A DNA stretch of 64,000 nt from Octopus vulgaris. Lineage: Eukaryota. Shown here piece after piece: positions 25,861 to 38,894 of this stretch. Under the pieces are notes generated by a model. That model was not told where the DNA came from and searched no databases. It worked only from the letters and a program-made list of their open reading frames with translations. The position numbers and the translations under genes are program-made. The DNA lies in assembly GCA_951406725.2 (NCBI GenBank), contig OX597820.1, forward strand, positions 26,474,001 to 26,538,000. Direction: 5' to 3'. Position 1 is the stretch's first letter. Each line of letters opens with the position of its first letter.

Positions 25861-26063
25861 AAAATTTTTCAAGCTGGTGCCCCAGCATGGCTATTCTCAT
25901 GACTGAAGCAGGTAAAAGATAAAATAACAGTTTGTGTGATTTCCCACACCCCTGCCTGAACTCTTTATGTAATTCATCCATCGACTGTTTTCGTATCTAT
26001 TGGTTTTGTGTGAAATACGAAATTGCAGAAGTATGATGGGATGACGGGATTTGTAAAGTAATG

Positions 26064-26360
26064 AACAAACATTTTATGGCAGCTAGTTATGTCCCTTTAT
26101 AATTCGAGTTCAAATCTTGTTTGAGTCAACTATATTACTCGTCCATCTCTAGGATTGATAAAAATAATTACTGATCAAGCATAAAGTTTGGGTAACTCAA
26201 TTACAAAGCCTCAACAATCATTTTATGGCAGCTAGTTATGTCCCTTTTTAATTTTGGTTCAAACCTTGTTTGGGTCAACTATATCACTCATATAGCTCTG
26301 GGATTGATAAAAACAAGTACTGATCAAGAATAAAGCTTGGTTAACTTAATTACAAGGCTT
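26064..26360. repeat. 149-bp tandem duplication of a decayed group B SINE
   Basis: cattttatggcagctagttatgtccc at 26070 and 26219. Confidence 0.85.
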
Positions 26361-26876
26361 TCCTCGACCACTATGAAAGAGAAAAAAAATCTGTGACCTT
26401 GTGCCATTGGAAAAGCCTATTGGTATTGATGTTATAATAATATGTTAATGCTGGACAAAATGCTTAGCAGCATTTCGTCTGACCTTTTGTGAGTTCAAAT
26501 GCCACCAAAGTCTACTTTGACTTTCATCCTTTGGTGGGTTCAAGTACTAGTTGAGCACTGGGGTCAATGTAATCGACTAGTCTCCTCCCCACAGTTTTTC
26601 AGGCTTTGTACCTACACTAGAAAGGATTATTATTAAGACACTGAACTGGTAGAATCGTAGTGCCTTAGACAAAACGCTTAGTGGCATTTCACCTGTCCTT
26701 ACATTCTGAGCTCAAATTCCCCTGAAGTCAACTTAGCCTTTTATCCTTTGCGGGTTGATAAAATAAATACCAGTTGAGCACTGGAGTTGACGTAATCAAC
26801 TTAGCCATCCATTGAAATTGCTGACCTTGTGCCAAAATTTGAAAAGATTGTTATTTTTATTATTATTATTATTATT

Positions 26877-27200
26877 CAGCAGTTTTATTTTTATAGCATG
26901 CTTTCACTTCACTTCCGAGCGCAGCTCTGTGTGTCTTGGGTATGTGCTGTGATTTGTTGTGATGTTCTGATGGTTACTGTATTGAAAGTGTTTTGTGTAG
27001 GATGTGTGCAGTACCCAGTAGTGCAATTTTCTGTATTATATGTGTTTGTAAGTCCTGGTGTTTTTGTTATGTATTTGTCTGAATATTTTTTTTATCATAC
27101 CTAATGCGCCTACTATGATAGGAATTGTTTCTGTTTTTAGATTCCACATTCGAGTTACCTCTATTTCCAGGTTTTTGTATTTTGAAAGTTTCGCCATTTC

Positions 27201-27203
<3 letters not shown>
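26877..27203 (-). mobile_element. 5'-truncated R4/Dong-like non-LTR retrotransposon (RLE C-terminus) inserted in (TAA)n
   Basis: Minus-strand KEMAKLSKYKNLEIEVTRMWNLKTETIPIIVGALGMIKK, then after a frameshift ...IQKIALLGTAHILHKTLSIQ*; (TTA)n on both sides. Confidence 0.85.
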
Positions 27204-27237
<34 letters not shown>

Positions 27238-27284
27238 GTATTAGTATTATCATCCTCCTCCTCATCATTTGTTTTCCATTGCAG

Positions 27285-30200
27285 CTGGGCCACCGCTAAC
27301 CCAAAAGTATCAAGTGCAAGTCCGAGCTGTAAAAAGTCAGAGCAGTGAAAGTGGAGATGAGCACTGCACATGTTGTCCGTATGGATACCACATTGATTTG
27401 GATTTTCTCAAGTACTGCGAAAACATGTCAAATGGTAACACACTTAAACAGCTCAAGAAAATCAAACGCAACAAAAAGAAGTTGCGTAAATCAATGGAAT
27501 TCATATTGGATCAGGAAAGTGGGACGGCGACTGAAAACTATGGTGAACTTCCACCCGACATTGTCCACTCAGCTGACGCTAGCCGCATTTTAAATATTGT
27601 TGAGTATGAATCATCAGCGACACGCAACATTCTTGAGGAAATTGATTCGTCAGTGAATGCCAAGATTAAAATGGCTGGGAGACAGTCTTACGTGATGCAA
27701 TCTGCCTATGACAACAATGATACCAGTGAAACAATGCATGCTAAATTTGGTACCTTTTCTTACAAGAATGCTGTTCAGGAAGACGCTTCTGTTCCCAGTA
27801 CGTTGGGCCGAACTGACTCTGTGAGTTCCATCTCATCCCTGTCTACAGTTTCTAGTGAACAAAATTACCCCACAACTAACACAATGTACGAACATTCCTC
27901 ACAGCACACAAAAAGTACTTACCGAACAACCACAGTAACGTCATCAGAATTGGCAGCAACCATAGCAACACATTTTCCACAACAGAATGGTTCTAGCCCA
28001 GCCCATAATTCTGTAACCTTTGACAGCCAAAATTCGACAATGATTAGCAAAGCATCTTTGGAGGCAATCCGCGAAGCAATGGCTGTTAGCCTCCAACGAA
28101 TGAGAGAACTGGAAGAACAAGTGAAAACAATTCCAGTCCTGCAAGTTCGGATTTCTGTCCTCAAAGAAGAAAAACGGCTCCTGATGCTGCAACTGAAAGC
28201 TCAGACCCACAAACTCAATCAAAGAAGCGTTGGTGTTAGCAACAGAACAACTACTTCAGAAAAAACTGTAACAACTTCAGAAAGATCTTGTAGGACTCTA
28301 GAAGAAATAACCAGCCGTATTCATGTAGAGCCTCCAAAACAGATTGAACAAATACAACATAAGGCATACCCTCAACCTCAATTTCACACGGTTCAGACTG
28401 TTGCTGTCATGAAGACTCCCGCTACTCGTTCCATAGGAATTGGAGACCATTCAGTTGAGGATCCTTATGACATCCAACCTGACTTGAGTTCAGCATATTT
28501 CTCAAAATATCCAGATACTCATACTGAGACTTGGGAAAAAGAAACCATCATTTTGCAACCAATTCAGTCAGAAGTTTCCCATGTTTCTCATGTTTCTCAA
28601 CTTGCCCAACATGTTTCTTCTACATCAGCTGAACATCTTGTTTCCTCGAGCCCAGCTGCTGTCAGAAGCCCCAAGCCGGTTACTCGAACTGTAGGTGTCG
28701 GTGATGGAAATGTCTATGACCAATCTGATTCTGGTCTCCACATTCACGAGAAAGAACTTCGCACACTTATTATTGGTCAGCCATCAACTTCCCTGTCTAA
28801 ACGTAATGTTGGTGTTGAGTGCAAGGTATCAACAAGAGATGTTGGTATTTCTTATATCTGTGATGACTTGAAGCCTTCTATGCGTTCAGTAGGTGTCGGT
28901 ACTGACGATGGTAGCCTTTCATCCACCTTGAATATTCGTTTCAAGAGTGAAGAAATCACAACAGCTATACGTCAAGTTTTGAGTAAAAATGTCCGCAGCG
29001 TAGGAGTTAGTTGTCACTTGCATGCATCAGGTAAAGAGGTAGGAACACAATACAGATGGGAGGTGAGTACTCGTAGCATGGGTTGTGGTAATTACAGAGT
29101 AGATGATGTTCCTCCTGAGCCACAGAAACAAGTTCGCACATTTTCTGTTGCTTGTGAAGCCAAACCCACTGTGACACACCGTTACTGTCTGACTGAAAAA
29201 GGATTGACTATGGAGCAAGGTACACTCACTGATTCTCTAAATGTGGAAAGCCGATTCACTAACACACCCAGAGCGCTGTGTGTTAATTCCTCGACAATAA
29301 CAGATAATCCAAAGCTCAAGGTGGATGGCTGTCAAACAGATGTCAAAATATTCATGGCTCTTGAACAGATTTGCAATCGCAGCTGTAACACAGATATTCC
29401 AAATCTACAGACAGTTGGTGTCAATACACAACGGCCTACTCTCACGACATCCAACTATGAACTCGATATCTTCTCAATTGAAAATATAAAAGAAAAAATC
29501 GAACATTATCAAACGTACACAGAGAAAACTATTTCTGGCTCTGGTGAAAGTTCTTTTTCACAATCGAGCACGACCTCCAGGTCAGGAGACCTCTTACAGT
29601 ATGGTGATGGTACTACCATTCATAACAGACGACAGGGTGAGTTTCAAGGTCAGTCTTTACAATCGTCATCATCTGTAACATCAGCACCATCAATGGAATA
29701 CAATACAATTAAATCCTCTGTCACATACGACTCTTCAGGAGGACAGTCTTCAGGAGGACAGTCTTCAGGAGGACAGTCTTCAGGAGGACAGTCTTCAGGA
29801 GGACAGTCTTCAGGAGGACAGTCTTCAGGAGGACAGTCTTCAGATGACCAGTCTTCTGGTAGACATGGTGGTACTCAAGGTGTGACTGTGAAGCAACGGT
29901 CGGTGAAGGCTCCAGACATGATGTCCTCCTCATCAAGTGTAAAAACAACTACATATTTTCAGTCAGATGCTCTTGATTCTGACTCTAAAACTTCCAAATC
30001 TTCCACTTTAGATGCTGAGAGAAGTGCATTTCTGAGAGATATGGCTGAAAGTGCAAAAATGTCAATGATGGGTCTAACAGACTCTAAAACTGAAGGTCAG
30101 ACAGTTATTTCAGGCGTCAGACATAAGCAAGCTGATGGTGCCAATGTAACTGTCAGCTCAAGAGTTGGTGGGAATCAACAAGTTAGTTTGGGTCCCATTG

Positions 30201-32592
30201 TAGACCAACAATATGGCATGAGTTCCACTGGAGATCAACGATATAGTTCAAGTGTCACAGGAGACCAATGGGTTAGCTCAAGTGTTTCTGGAGATCGAGT
30301 TAGCTCAAGTACAACTGGAGATCACCAGTTTATCTTGAGTTCTACAGGAGACCAACAAATTAGCTCAGGCTCTGTTGGAAACCAGCAAACCAGTTCAAGA
30401 ATCACTGGAGATCACTCGGTCAGCTCAAGCTCCGCTGGTAATGAATCAGTTAGTTCAAGTGTCATTGGAGGTCAATTGGTGTATTCAACTGGAGGCCAGT
30501 CTGTCAGTTCAAGAGACTCTGGAGAACATTTAGTTAGTTCAAGTGCTATTGGAGATTCTTCATTCAACTCAAATGTCAGTGAAATTCAGGTTGTTAGCTC
30601 AAATTTAATCAAAGATCAAGCAGTTAGCAGCAGTTTTAAACCTTCAGCTGAAAATGTAGTTGTGTTACATGGAACTGAGCAAAGAGGGTATATGGGCAGT
30701 GGTGCTAATGAAAGGACAGTGACCAGATCATCTGGAAGTAGTGTCTCTGATTCGGAGGTCTGCTTTCCTCAAGAGTATACTATCTCTGCTCAGACCGTAA
30801 ACATACAGCATGTCGACTCTTCAAGATCTAAAGATGGTAAAGGATCACGAGAACAGGAGGTTAGGACTATTAGTGACCGTGGTAATGTAGACACAATTGA
30901 AGGTGGTGTATTGAGTGGAGGGACTCACATGGTGTCTGGATCAATGTACGGTAGGTCCTCTGGATCATCCTCTGAAACGATGCTCAAAACATTAGTGCCT
31001 TCTGAACAGGATCAAACTAGAAAGCAAACTAAACAACTTCACACTGCCACACATTCGTCAGATGTTTATGGATTAGGGTCAGATTATCGAACAGGCATCG
31101 CTTCATCAGGATATATTACTGGAAAAGTTCCACGTGATGAATTTTCTCACCAATCGCTGGTGACAAGCATCAGATATGTTTCTGAGCCTGTTTCTGAAGT
31201 CTCTTCGACTGAGGTACTCTACAGAACTCCACAATCACCGCAAAGTTCTGGCAGTGTTCATGGTAAGACTATCACATATTCTAGTTCTTCAGAAAAGCCA
31301 TCCATGGTTACAACAGTCCACAGTGAGGGGTCTAGTTCAACAGATCAAAATCTTTCGATTGAACCCATGCTCACCAGAACTAAAATGATATCAAAATCTT
31401 CAGAATCTCCTCAGAGTACTGCCAGAGTATACAGTGAGAAAACAACACATAGTAGTTCTTCAGGGACTCATAGACTGGCATCTGAACCTGTAGTTACTGT
31501 TACTGAGACTATCTATAAGTCTCCGGAATCTTCTCAGAGTACCAGCAGAGTATATAGCAAGAATACAACACATAGTTCTTCGGGGGCACCAGTTGTAACT
31601 GAAGTGGTCCGAAGTGGTGAAGGTTACTCTACAAATCAAAGGCTGGCATCTGAACCTGTTGTTTCTATTACTGAAACAATCTATAAGTCTCCAGATTCTT
31701 CTCAGAGTACCAGCAGAGTGTATAGTAAGAAAATGGTGTACAGCAGTTCTTCAGGAGGGCCGGTTGTAACTGAAGTATTACATAGTGGTGAGGGTGATTC
31801 AGCTGATCAAAGGCATTTCTTCGAACCTATGCTCTCTGCATCTACAGCAATGTCTAAAGATTCTGCTTCTTGTAATAACAGCAATGTTTATTCAAAAAAG
31901 ACTGTGTATACTCATTCTTCAGGTACACCTATTGGACAAAGAGAATTCAGAGATGACAGAAACATAGAGTCTCATCAAATATCTGGGTTAAGTACTTCTC
32001 TTTCAGAGAGTAGCCATAATATTGAAGTATCAAATACAGACAGTGATTCAGTGGCTGCATCACTTTCCCTGTCATCATCATCATCTCAAAAACTGGAAGA
32101 CCTCAGTTCATCTGCAGACTTCCCTGACAGTGTGTCGTCTTCTCGTATTTGTGCAGATAGTGTTCCATCTTCTGTTGACAGTGCTGATACCAGGTCATCT
32201 TCTGGTGACTGTCCGCAAAGTGTTATGTCGTCTTCAGACTCCCTTAAGGCAGATCTCGACCGATTGGGTATGGAGATGTTCACAAACAGGCAGAGCAACA
32301 TGTTGGGTTTAGATGCTAACAAAATGCACACAGAATATTCTCAGAGCAGTGGTTGGAATCCTGAAAATACAACATATTCTTTCCGAATGACTGAGACTGT
32401 AACTACTTCATCCTCAGTTGGAAGTGAACCAGACTTGAGTCGAGAAGGAGGAACGAGTTTTGAAAATAGGCATGCTCTTTCCTACGGTAACCTCAGTGAA
32501 CCTAATATCCAGCTGAAATCATGTATAAAGAGAAGCAGTTCAGAACCTGGCGCCAAGAAAGAGATTTCTTTTGCTGAAAGTGTACAGGGCGG
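27285..32592 (+). CDS. KANK: KANK homologue (KN motif and ankyrin repeat domain protein), 5308-nt internal exon
   Basis: 1775-codon open frame. KN motif CTCCPYGYHIDLDFLKYCE...GNTLKQL; KANK coiled coil LEAIREAMAVSLQRMRELEEQVKTIPVLQVRISVLKEEKRLL; repeated RSVGVG-type motifs; C-terminal LKSCIKR...KKEISFAESVQGG matches the KANK LKSIMKK...KKNLQFVGINGG block. Acceptor ttttccattgcAG at 27283-27284; donor GG|GTAAGT at 32592/32593 (phase 2). Confidence 0.95.
29732..29851 (+). repeat. Coding 15-bp perfect tandem repeat (SSGGQ)x7 plus one degenerate unit
   Basis: tcttcaggaggacag seven times, then tcttcagatgaccag. Confidence 0.95.
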
Positions 32593-32734
32593 GTAAGTAG
32601 TGTTCTTGCCAACTAAAATTTAATTTCTATGGTGTCGGGATGATTGATCTAATGGATTGTGTGTTTTGTCTATATAGATTCCTAAAGGTTTTCAGCTGTA
32701 GGCTTCCTCCTCCTCATCACTATTCTTCCTCCAC

Positions 32735-33010
32735 ATCATCATCATCATTTAACGTCTGCTTTTCATGCTAGCATGGGTTGGATGGTTTGACTGAGAACTG
32801 GCGAACCAGATGGCTGCACCAGGCTCCAATCTTGATCTGGCAGAGTTTCTATAGCTGGATACCCTTCCTAACGCCAACCACTCCGAGAGTATAGTGGGTG
32901 CTTTTACGTGTCACCGGCACGGGGGCCAGTCAGGTGGTACTGGCAACGGCCATGCCCAAATGGTGTTTTTTTTACGTGCCACCTGCACACTGGCATAAGT
33001 GCCAGTGAGG
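32735..33010 (-). mobile_element. LINE/SINE 3' tail with (ATG)n terminus (RTE-like)
   Basis: catcatcatcatttaacgtc.gctttccatgctagcatgggttgga...; copies at 35957-36200, 46340-46730, 58786-58932 and, in + orientation, ~15200-15345 and 61225-61370. The RTE assignment is inferred. Confidence 0.7.
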
Positions 33011-33732
33011 ACCTAATCACTATTTTTTCTTATCATCCCTAACCAACATCATTTACATTCATTATGTCCAGGCTTCTTTTTCTGTTTCACTTTGTTTTAA
33101 CTATAGTATTGCAGTGTTCCTAAAAAAAGAAGGCAAAAAAATTGCCCATTCATCTGCACATCCATGTGCAGAATGCATGGTTGATTTTGTATGAGAGAGA
33201 CCTAGTAGCATTGGTTGAATGAGTGCCACCTGAGGCAGCCCTAGAGTTTTCCCTCCACCTATCCTATACAAAGGTCATACACCAGGCTCAAAAGTGCCAC
33301 TACACCCATAAAAGTGTCACCTGGGGCAGATTTCCCCCATCATCACCTGCCAGGTATGCTACTGCACAGACACCTAAGATAACAAAGCAGGAATCTATTC
33401 TGGACTGAATTCTTTGAACAGGTGTTTCACTGTTAATGAATCTCTCTCCATTTGAGCATTTTTTTTTTGCTTCTACATAGTAGGATTTGAACCCTGCACT
33501 GTTCAAACTAATGAGGCATTTGAAAAGTTCTGATGTTCCCACTGCAGTAAACTCTTTCTTCTCCATGTCTCCTTTTACTCTCAGGAAAATAGGGGGAAAA
33601 AAACCCAAACTGCCTGGTGTTCTTTGAACTGGTAGCACTAGACACTATGCGAAGTGTGTGTGTATGCATATTAGGGTTACCCCCATCACCAGAAAAGTGA
33701 TTTTAAAAAAGATTCTATAACTTAGTAATTAT

Positions 33733-33825
33733 ATCCATCCATCTCTACCTATCCATCCATCTCTACCTATCCATCCATCTCTACCTATCCATCCATCTCT
33801 ACCTATCCATCCATATCTACCTATT
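33733..33825. repeat. 18-bp minisatellite (atccatccatctctacct), ~5 units
   Basis: Read directly. Confidence 0.9.
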
Positions 33826-35132
33826 CATATCTATCTTTCTATATCTATCTAGTAAATTTGTTCTATATTGTGTTCAGCTTTACTAATATTATTATTGTTA
33901 CTGCTACTCTTAATATTATCAATATTGAAATTATGAGTATTACAACAAAGTACTGAAGGTGTTTTGGTTAATGTTAGGCATTTCATGTATCTGCATTTAA
34001 ATCCAGTTGTAATTTTCTTCAGTTCAAGTTTGGAGATTATATTATAATAGGTTACAAAAAAAAGTTAAAAATCATATTATTATTATGTTTTGATTTATAT
34101 TAGCCCTTGTGGCCAATAAAAGAATGAATTATTATTATTATTATCATCATTATTATTATCATCATCATTATTATTATTATTGTTTGATAAATGTATGCAT
34201 ATATGTCTTGCTTTTCTAAAAGTTTCAATTTCTGTATATATGTATTTGTGTGTGTATGTATGTATGTATGTGTGTATATATATACACACACACACATACA
34301 TACACGATAAACCTTTTATTTCTTATTTTGTTCTTGGTTCAGTTCATTCCGTTCCTCTTTTTCTCCCTTTTGTTAACTAAATGTCATTCACTTGTTCTGC
34401 CTGTTTGCTTACTTAACCTGCATGCTGCACCTGCTTGCTGGCTAATGCGAGTTCATAATTAGACACACACATGCACACACATTACTGCACCCTGCTGTAT
34501 CTTACTGTCTCTTTTTTCTCTGTCACTCTCTCTCTCTCTTTCTCTCTCTGTGTCTTTGTTTCTCTATCAATACTTGCTTCAGCTGCTGCATTATGTAATG
34601 TGAAGAATTGGGAAAATACTGGATGACTGTCTTTCAAGAACCAACTCTAGCTAATGGGGTTTTTCTCTGCTGGTTTTGGTACTTTCTTACATTTTGGAGT
34701 GTGCTCATACAAACATGCAGATTTGCATATGTGTATATATATATACACACACATTTATATGAATATATATATGAAAATCTGTGTGTATGTGTGTATCTAT
34801 GTATGTATAAAATTCTGTTGCTGGGTGTATTTGTGTGTGTGTGTGTGTGTGTGTGTGTATGCATGCACACATGAATATATACATAAAAATCTGTGTGTGT
34901 ATCTATGTATGTATAAAATTCTGTCACTGGGTGTATTTATTTGTGTGTGTGTGTGTGTGTGTATATAAAGAGAGAGAGTGTGCTTAATATGTATTTTTGA
35001 ATGTATGTGTGTTGTATATATTTGTATTATATACATATTCAAATGTATTTGTATATGAATATTTTTACTGCATGTGTGCATATCTATACATATATGTATG
35101 TGTGTGCATATATATACATATATATAAAACAA

Positions 35133-35160
35133 AGCCTTGGCTTTATTATCTCATTCTGTC

Positions 35161-35211
<51 letters not shown>

Positions 35212-35550
35212 TAGACAGAATGAGATAACAAAGCCAAGGCTATGAGGAGTTTTCAGGACATTTATAATGAAATAGTCATACAGGTGTTTCTGGTATGTTA
35301 TGGATATCCCTTCATCAGAGACAGTCTGAGAAAATATTAGAGTTCGAATTATTATGGAAAAGGAGGAGATAGGGAATCTAGAGGAAACAAGAGAATGAAA
35401 GTAGAAATAAGATGTATAAAGATATTGTATTTGCAGTTCCATTATTCGAGGAAAACGGTGTATAGAAGTGGTAAAAGTTTCTTGTACATGGTATGCAAGT
35501 TCCAATAGCAGTTTCAAATTATGGAGCTATGGAATCAATGTTGCTCGTTT
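35133..35550 (-). mobile_element. Penelope-like remnant: 30-bp inverted terminal copy around (TA)n plus a minus-strand hammerhead-like motif
   Basis: Inverted repeat at 35133-35162 / 35212-35241 (1 mismatch). Minus strand 35322->35275 reads GTCT-CTGATGA-AGGGATAT..ACATACCA-GAAA-CACCTG-TA-TGAC. Confidence 0.6.
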
Positions 35551-38500
35551 GAAAGGGTTTTATATATGTACATGTGTATATATTTGTATATATTGATGTG
35601 TGTGTGTTATGATCGTATATGTTTGTCGTGTTTGTGTAAAAGCTACAATAAAAGCATGTATATACATATGTAAAATACTACTTACTTGTCTGTGTATTTA
35701 TTGAGCTAACTGCTTATCTCTTTTTGTTTTGGTTGAAATTTCGTTTTTCAATTGAAGATTTTTCTTATGTCCTTATTTGAGCTTCATGCTTAGTTTCAAA
35801 CTGTATGAATCCAAAATCTGTTTGTTTGAAAGGCCTTCTTGAACCCTCATCTTTTGAATGAAATGATACTCACACAATGTTAGTGAACATTTGCTGTAGG
35901 TGGTGAAGAATCATGGGAATGATATCTTTCATCTTGATTTTTTTTTTTTTATATTGTTCATCATCGTTTAACGTCCGCTTTCCATGCTAGCATGGGTTGG
36001 ACAATTTGACTGAGGGCTGGCGAACCAGATGGCTGCACCAGGCTCCATTCTTGATCTGGTGGAGTTTCTACAGCTGGATGCCTTCCTAATGCCAACCACC
36101 CTGAGAGTGTAGTGGGTGGTTTTACGTGCCACCGGCACAGGGGCCAGTGAGGCGGTACTGGCAACAACCTCGCTCGAATGTTTTTACACGTGCCACCGGT
36201 ACTGTTTTTACATGGTCAAGGCACAGTAATGTTTCTTGGAGACCTGTCATCATGAACTCTCCTGTCCTAGACAATACATGAGGGGTTTTGCAATTCCTTG
36301 CTGATCAACATACACAAATGATTCGCTTATAGTGATCAAATGTTTGTGCTGCTCATCGGCTCACTTCTGCCATTGAATTAACATTTCCTGTACAGGTGCA
36401 GAAGTGTGCCACTTGTGAAAGTGATTGTAGATCAAAGCGAGATAGACTGTTTTGCTCGTGAACACAAAGCGTGGCCTGATCTGAGAATCAAAACCATAAT
36501 CTTGCTGTTGTGAGTGCAACACCCTGACCACTAGGTCACATGCCTTCACTACTTGATGTGTATAGTAACTGCGGTTTGTGCTTTTCAAGGAAGCAACATC
36601 TGTTCATGATGTGAGTGCAGATATAGGGTGTGGTGTCTTGCATATTTACATTGGTTGTTTGAAGTTTGCTCTGTAGCTTGTAGGTTTGGTTTCATGTTGA
36701 TGAGAACACAAAACAAAATTAGTTTGGAAAACATTGAAACATTATTTGATTGTTCTATCACCCTGTAGAGAATTGCACAAAAAACTAGAATATGAACTAT
36801 GGAAGCTTTGGCTGTTTGGTAAGGAATTTGCTTCCCTACCACATGGTTCTGGGTGTAGTGGCAAGCTGGGCAAGTGCTTACTATTATGGTCTTGGGCTGA
36901 CCAAAGCTTTGAGTGATTTTGGTAGAGAGAAACTGAAAGAAGCCTGTTGTATATGTGTGTTTGTGTGTGAGTGTGCGCGTGTGTCTGTGTTTCTATCCCC
37001 ATAACTTAGCAGTTCAATAAAAGGGACTGATAGAATAAGTACCAAGCTTAAAAAAAAAAAAAACAGTACTGAGTTTGACTCGCTTGACTAACTCCAAGGT
37101 TGTGCTCCAGCATGGTCGCAGTCTAATGATTGAAAATAGTTTAAACAAAAAAGGACACAAGCCAAACTTTAATACACATGTATGGCACATGTAAAATAAT
37201 CTCTGGAATTAATTATCAAACAATTTAAAATCCGTTGCTGATGGTGTTGTGAAGTGCAACATCGTTCTTACAATCTTTTGCTTCCAACAATAAACTACAG
37301 CAACAATGTTTCACTGTTAGATCATTCAGAAGATGAGGCTTGGAAGGTGTTGATATATTAAAGGACTTAGGAATGCTGCTGTTATTCAAACTCAAATATA
37401 AAGGACTTATAGATGTGGATGAAAAAAAACAACATTTGTAATAAAGTGTAAACACAAACATGGCTTCCGTGCAACACACCCATACACAAACAAACATTTC
37501 TTTGGTTGATACCCACCACCCTTTCTATGTTATTGTTACAAGTACTTTTCTCTTGTTTGTTACATGTGTATCATATGTCCTGTAAGGTTAAAAGCTATCT
37601 CTTTCTCTTGTTCCTTCATTCCATCTTTCTCTTTCTCTTTTCCTTTCTCCTTCATTCTCTTTTTTTTTTGTCTCAATCTCTGTCTCTTTTTATGTCATTC
37701 TTTTCTCACTCTGCTTCCTTTTCTTCTATTTTTCCCCTTTCTCTCCTCTTTTTATCTCTCTCTCTCTCACTAAATATTTCACACCGACATAGTCCTCTCT
37801 CTCTTCCTGTTTATAGTTGTAATAACATATGAACAAAAAGAAACATTGAAACATAGTAAAAAGATGAATAACTGGGTTTATTGCAGCTGTGTGTCTTGGG
37901 ATAAATATTTCAACTTCCTCATTATTCCTATTAAACTGTATATTAGCTGTCAGACAGATTCTTTAAAGTAATTAATTTTATTTCAAAAGGCTCAAGTATA
38001 TTTTTCTTTATCTTTTTGTTATGTAAAAGAGAGAATACAGTTTGATGGAATAAAACTCCAGTATATTACTGGTACTTATTCAATGCCTTCATTTTTTATT
38101 TTATTGGTTTCAATCACTGAACTGAGGCTGATCTGGGTCATCACTTTCAAAGGTTTTAGTCATTAATATTGGTACTGAATCTGTACAGATAGTGAATATG
38201 GAACGAGTGTCAGGCTCATTTCAGCAATCTCTGTTTATTGTGCGATTAAGTCCACTGAAGCTGTGTCGTTACAGAGAGTTAGCTCTGTCGTATAAAGTTT
38301 TAAATATTACGAATTATTTATCAGTTTACACATGCATGCATGTGCCCAATACACACAGACGTGTGAGTATATATATGGTGTAATGCACAGATAACCATTA
38401 AAATGTTTTGCTACAGAAACATGTGTAGCATGGATTGAACTGCCATTGTCCATTCTTCTAACTTTATTGTACACATAGACATACACACACACAATGAGCT

Positions 38501-38894
38501 TCCACCGAGTATCCATCGCCTGAATTTCAGTTAAAAGGCATTGGCTTATTGGAACTATCCCAGAAGAAGTATCAAGCCTGGAACCATGTAGTTGTAAAGC
38601 AAACTTCATAATCACACAATCATAACTGCATCCAAGTGTTGCTTATAAGACTATAATTTTGTGTACCAGCAATATCATCCCCCTACAACATTTATATGTA
38701 TACTAGATTCTGATGTTTTTTCACCAGTTGTCATCCATATCAATTTATATATTCTCGAATGTGTACATGTCTAATATGAAGACCTTATGATGATTGTCAT
38801 TCCTAGTGCTATTCCCCTTGCTTTGTACTATTAAATTCTGATGTTCTACTGAGATGATTGACATTTCCATTAGGTTTATTTGATATAAATATAT

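Noticed and set aside
27269-27284. TTG start of the 1775-aa ORF as a single-exon gene
   Set aside because: It lies in the polypyrimidine tract. The ORF is an internal exon bounded by AG (27283-27284) and GT (32593-32594), and its TAA stop is part of the GTAAGT donor.
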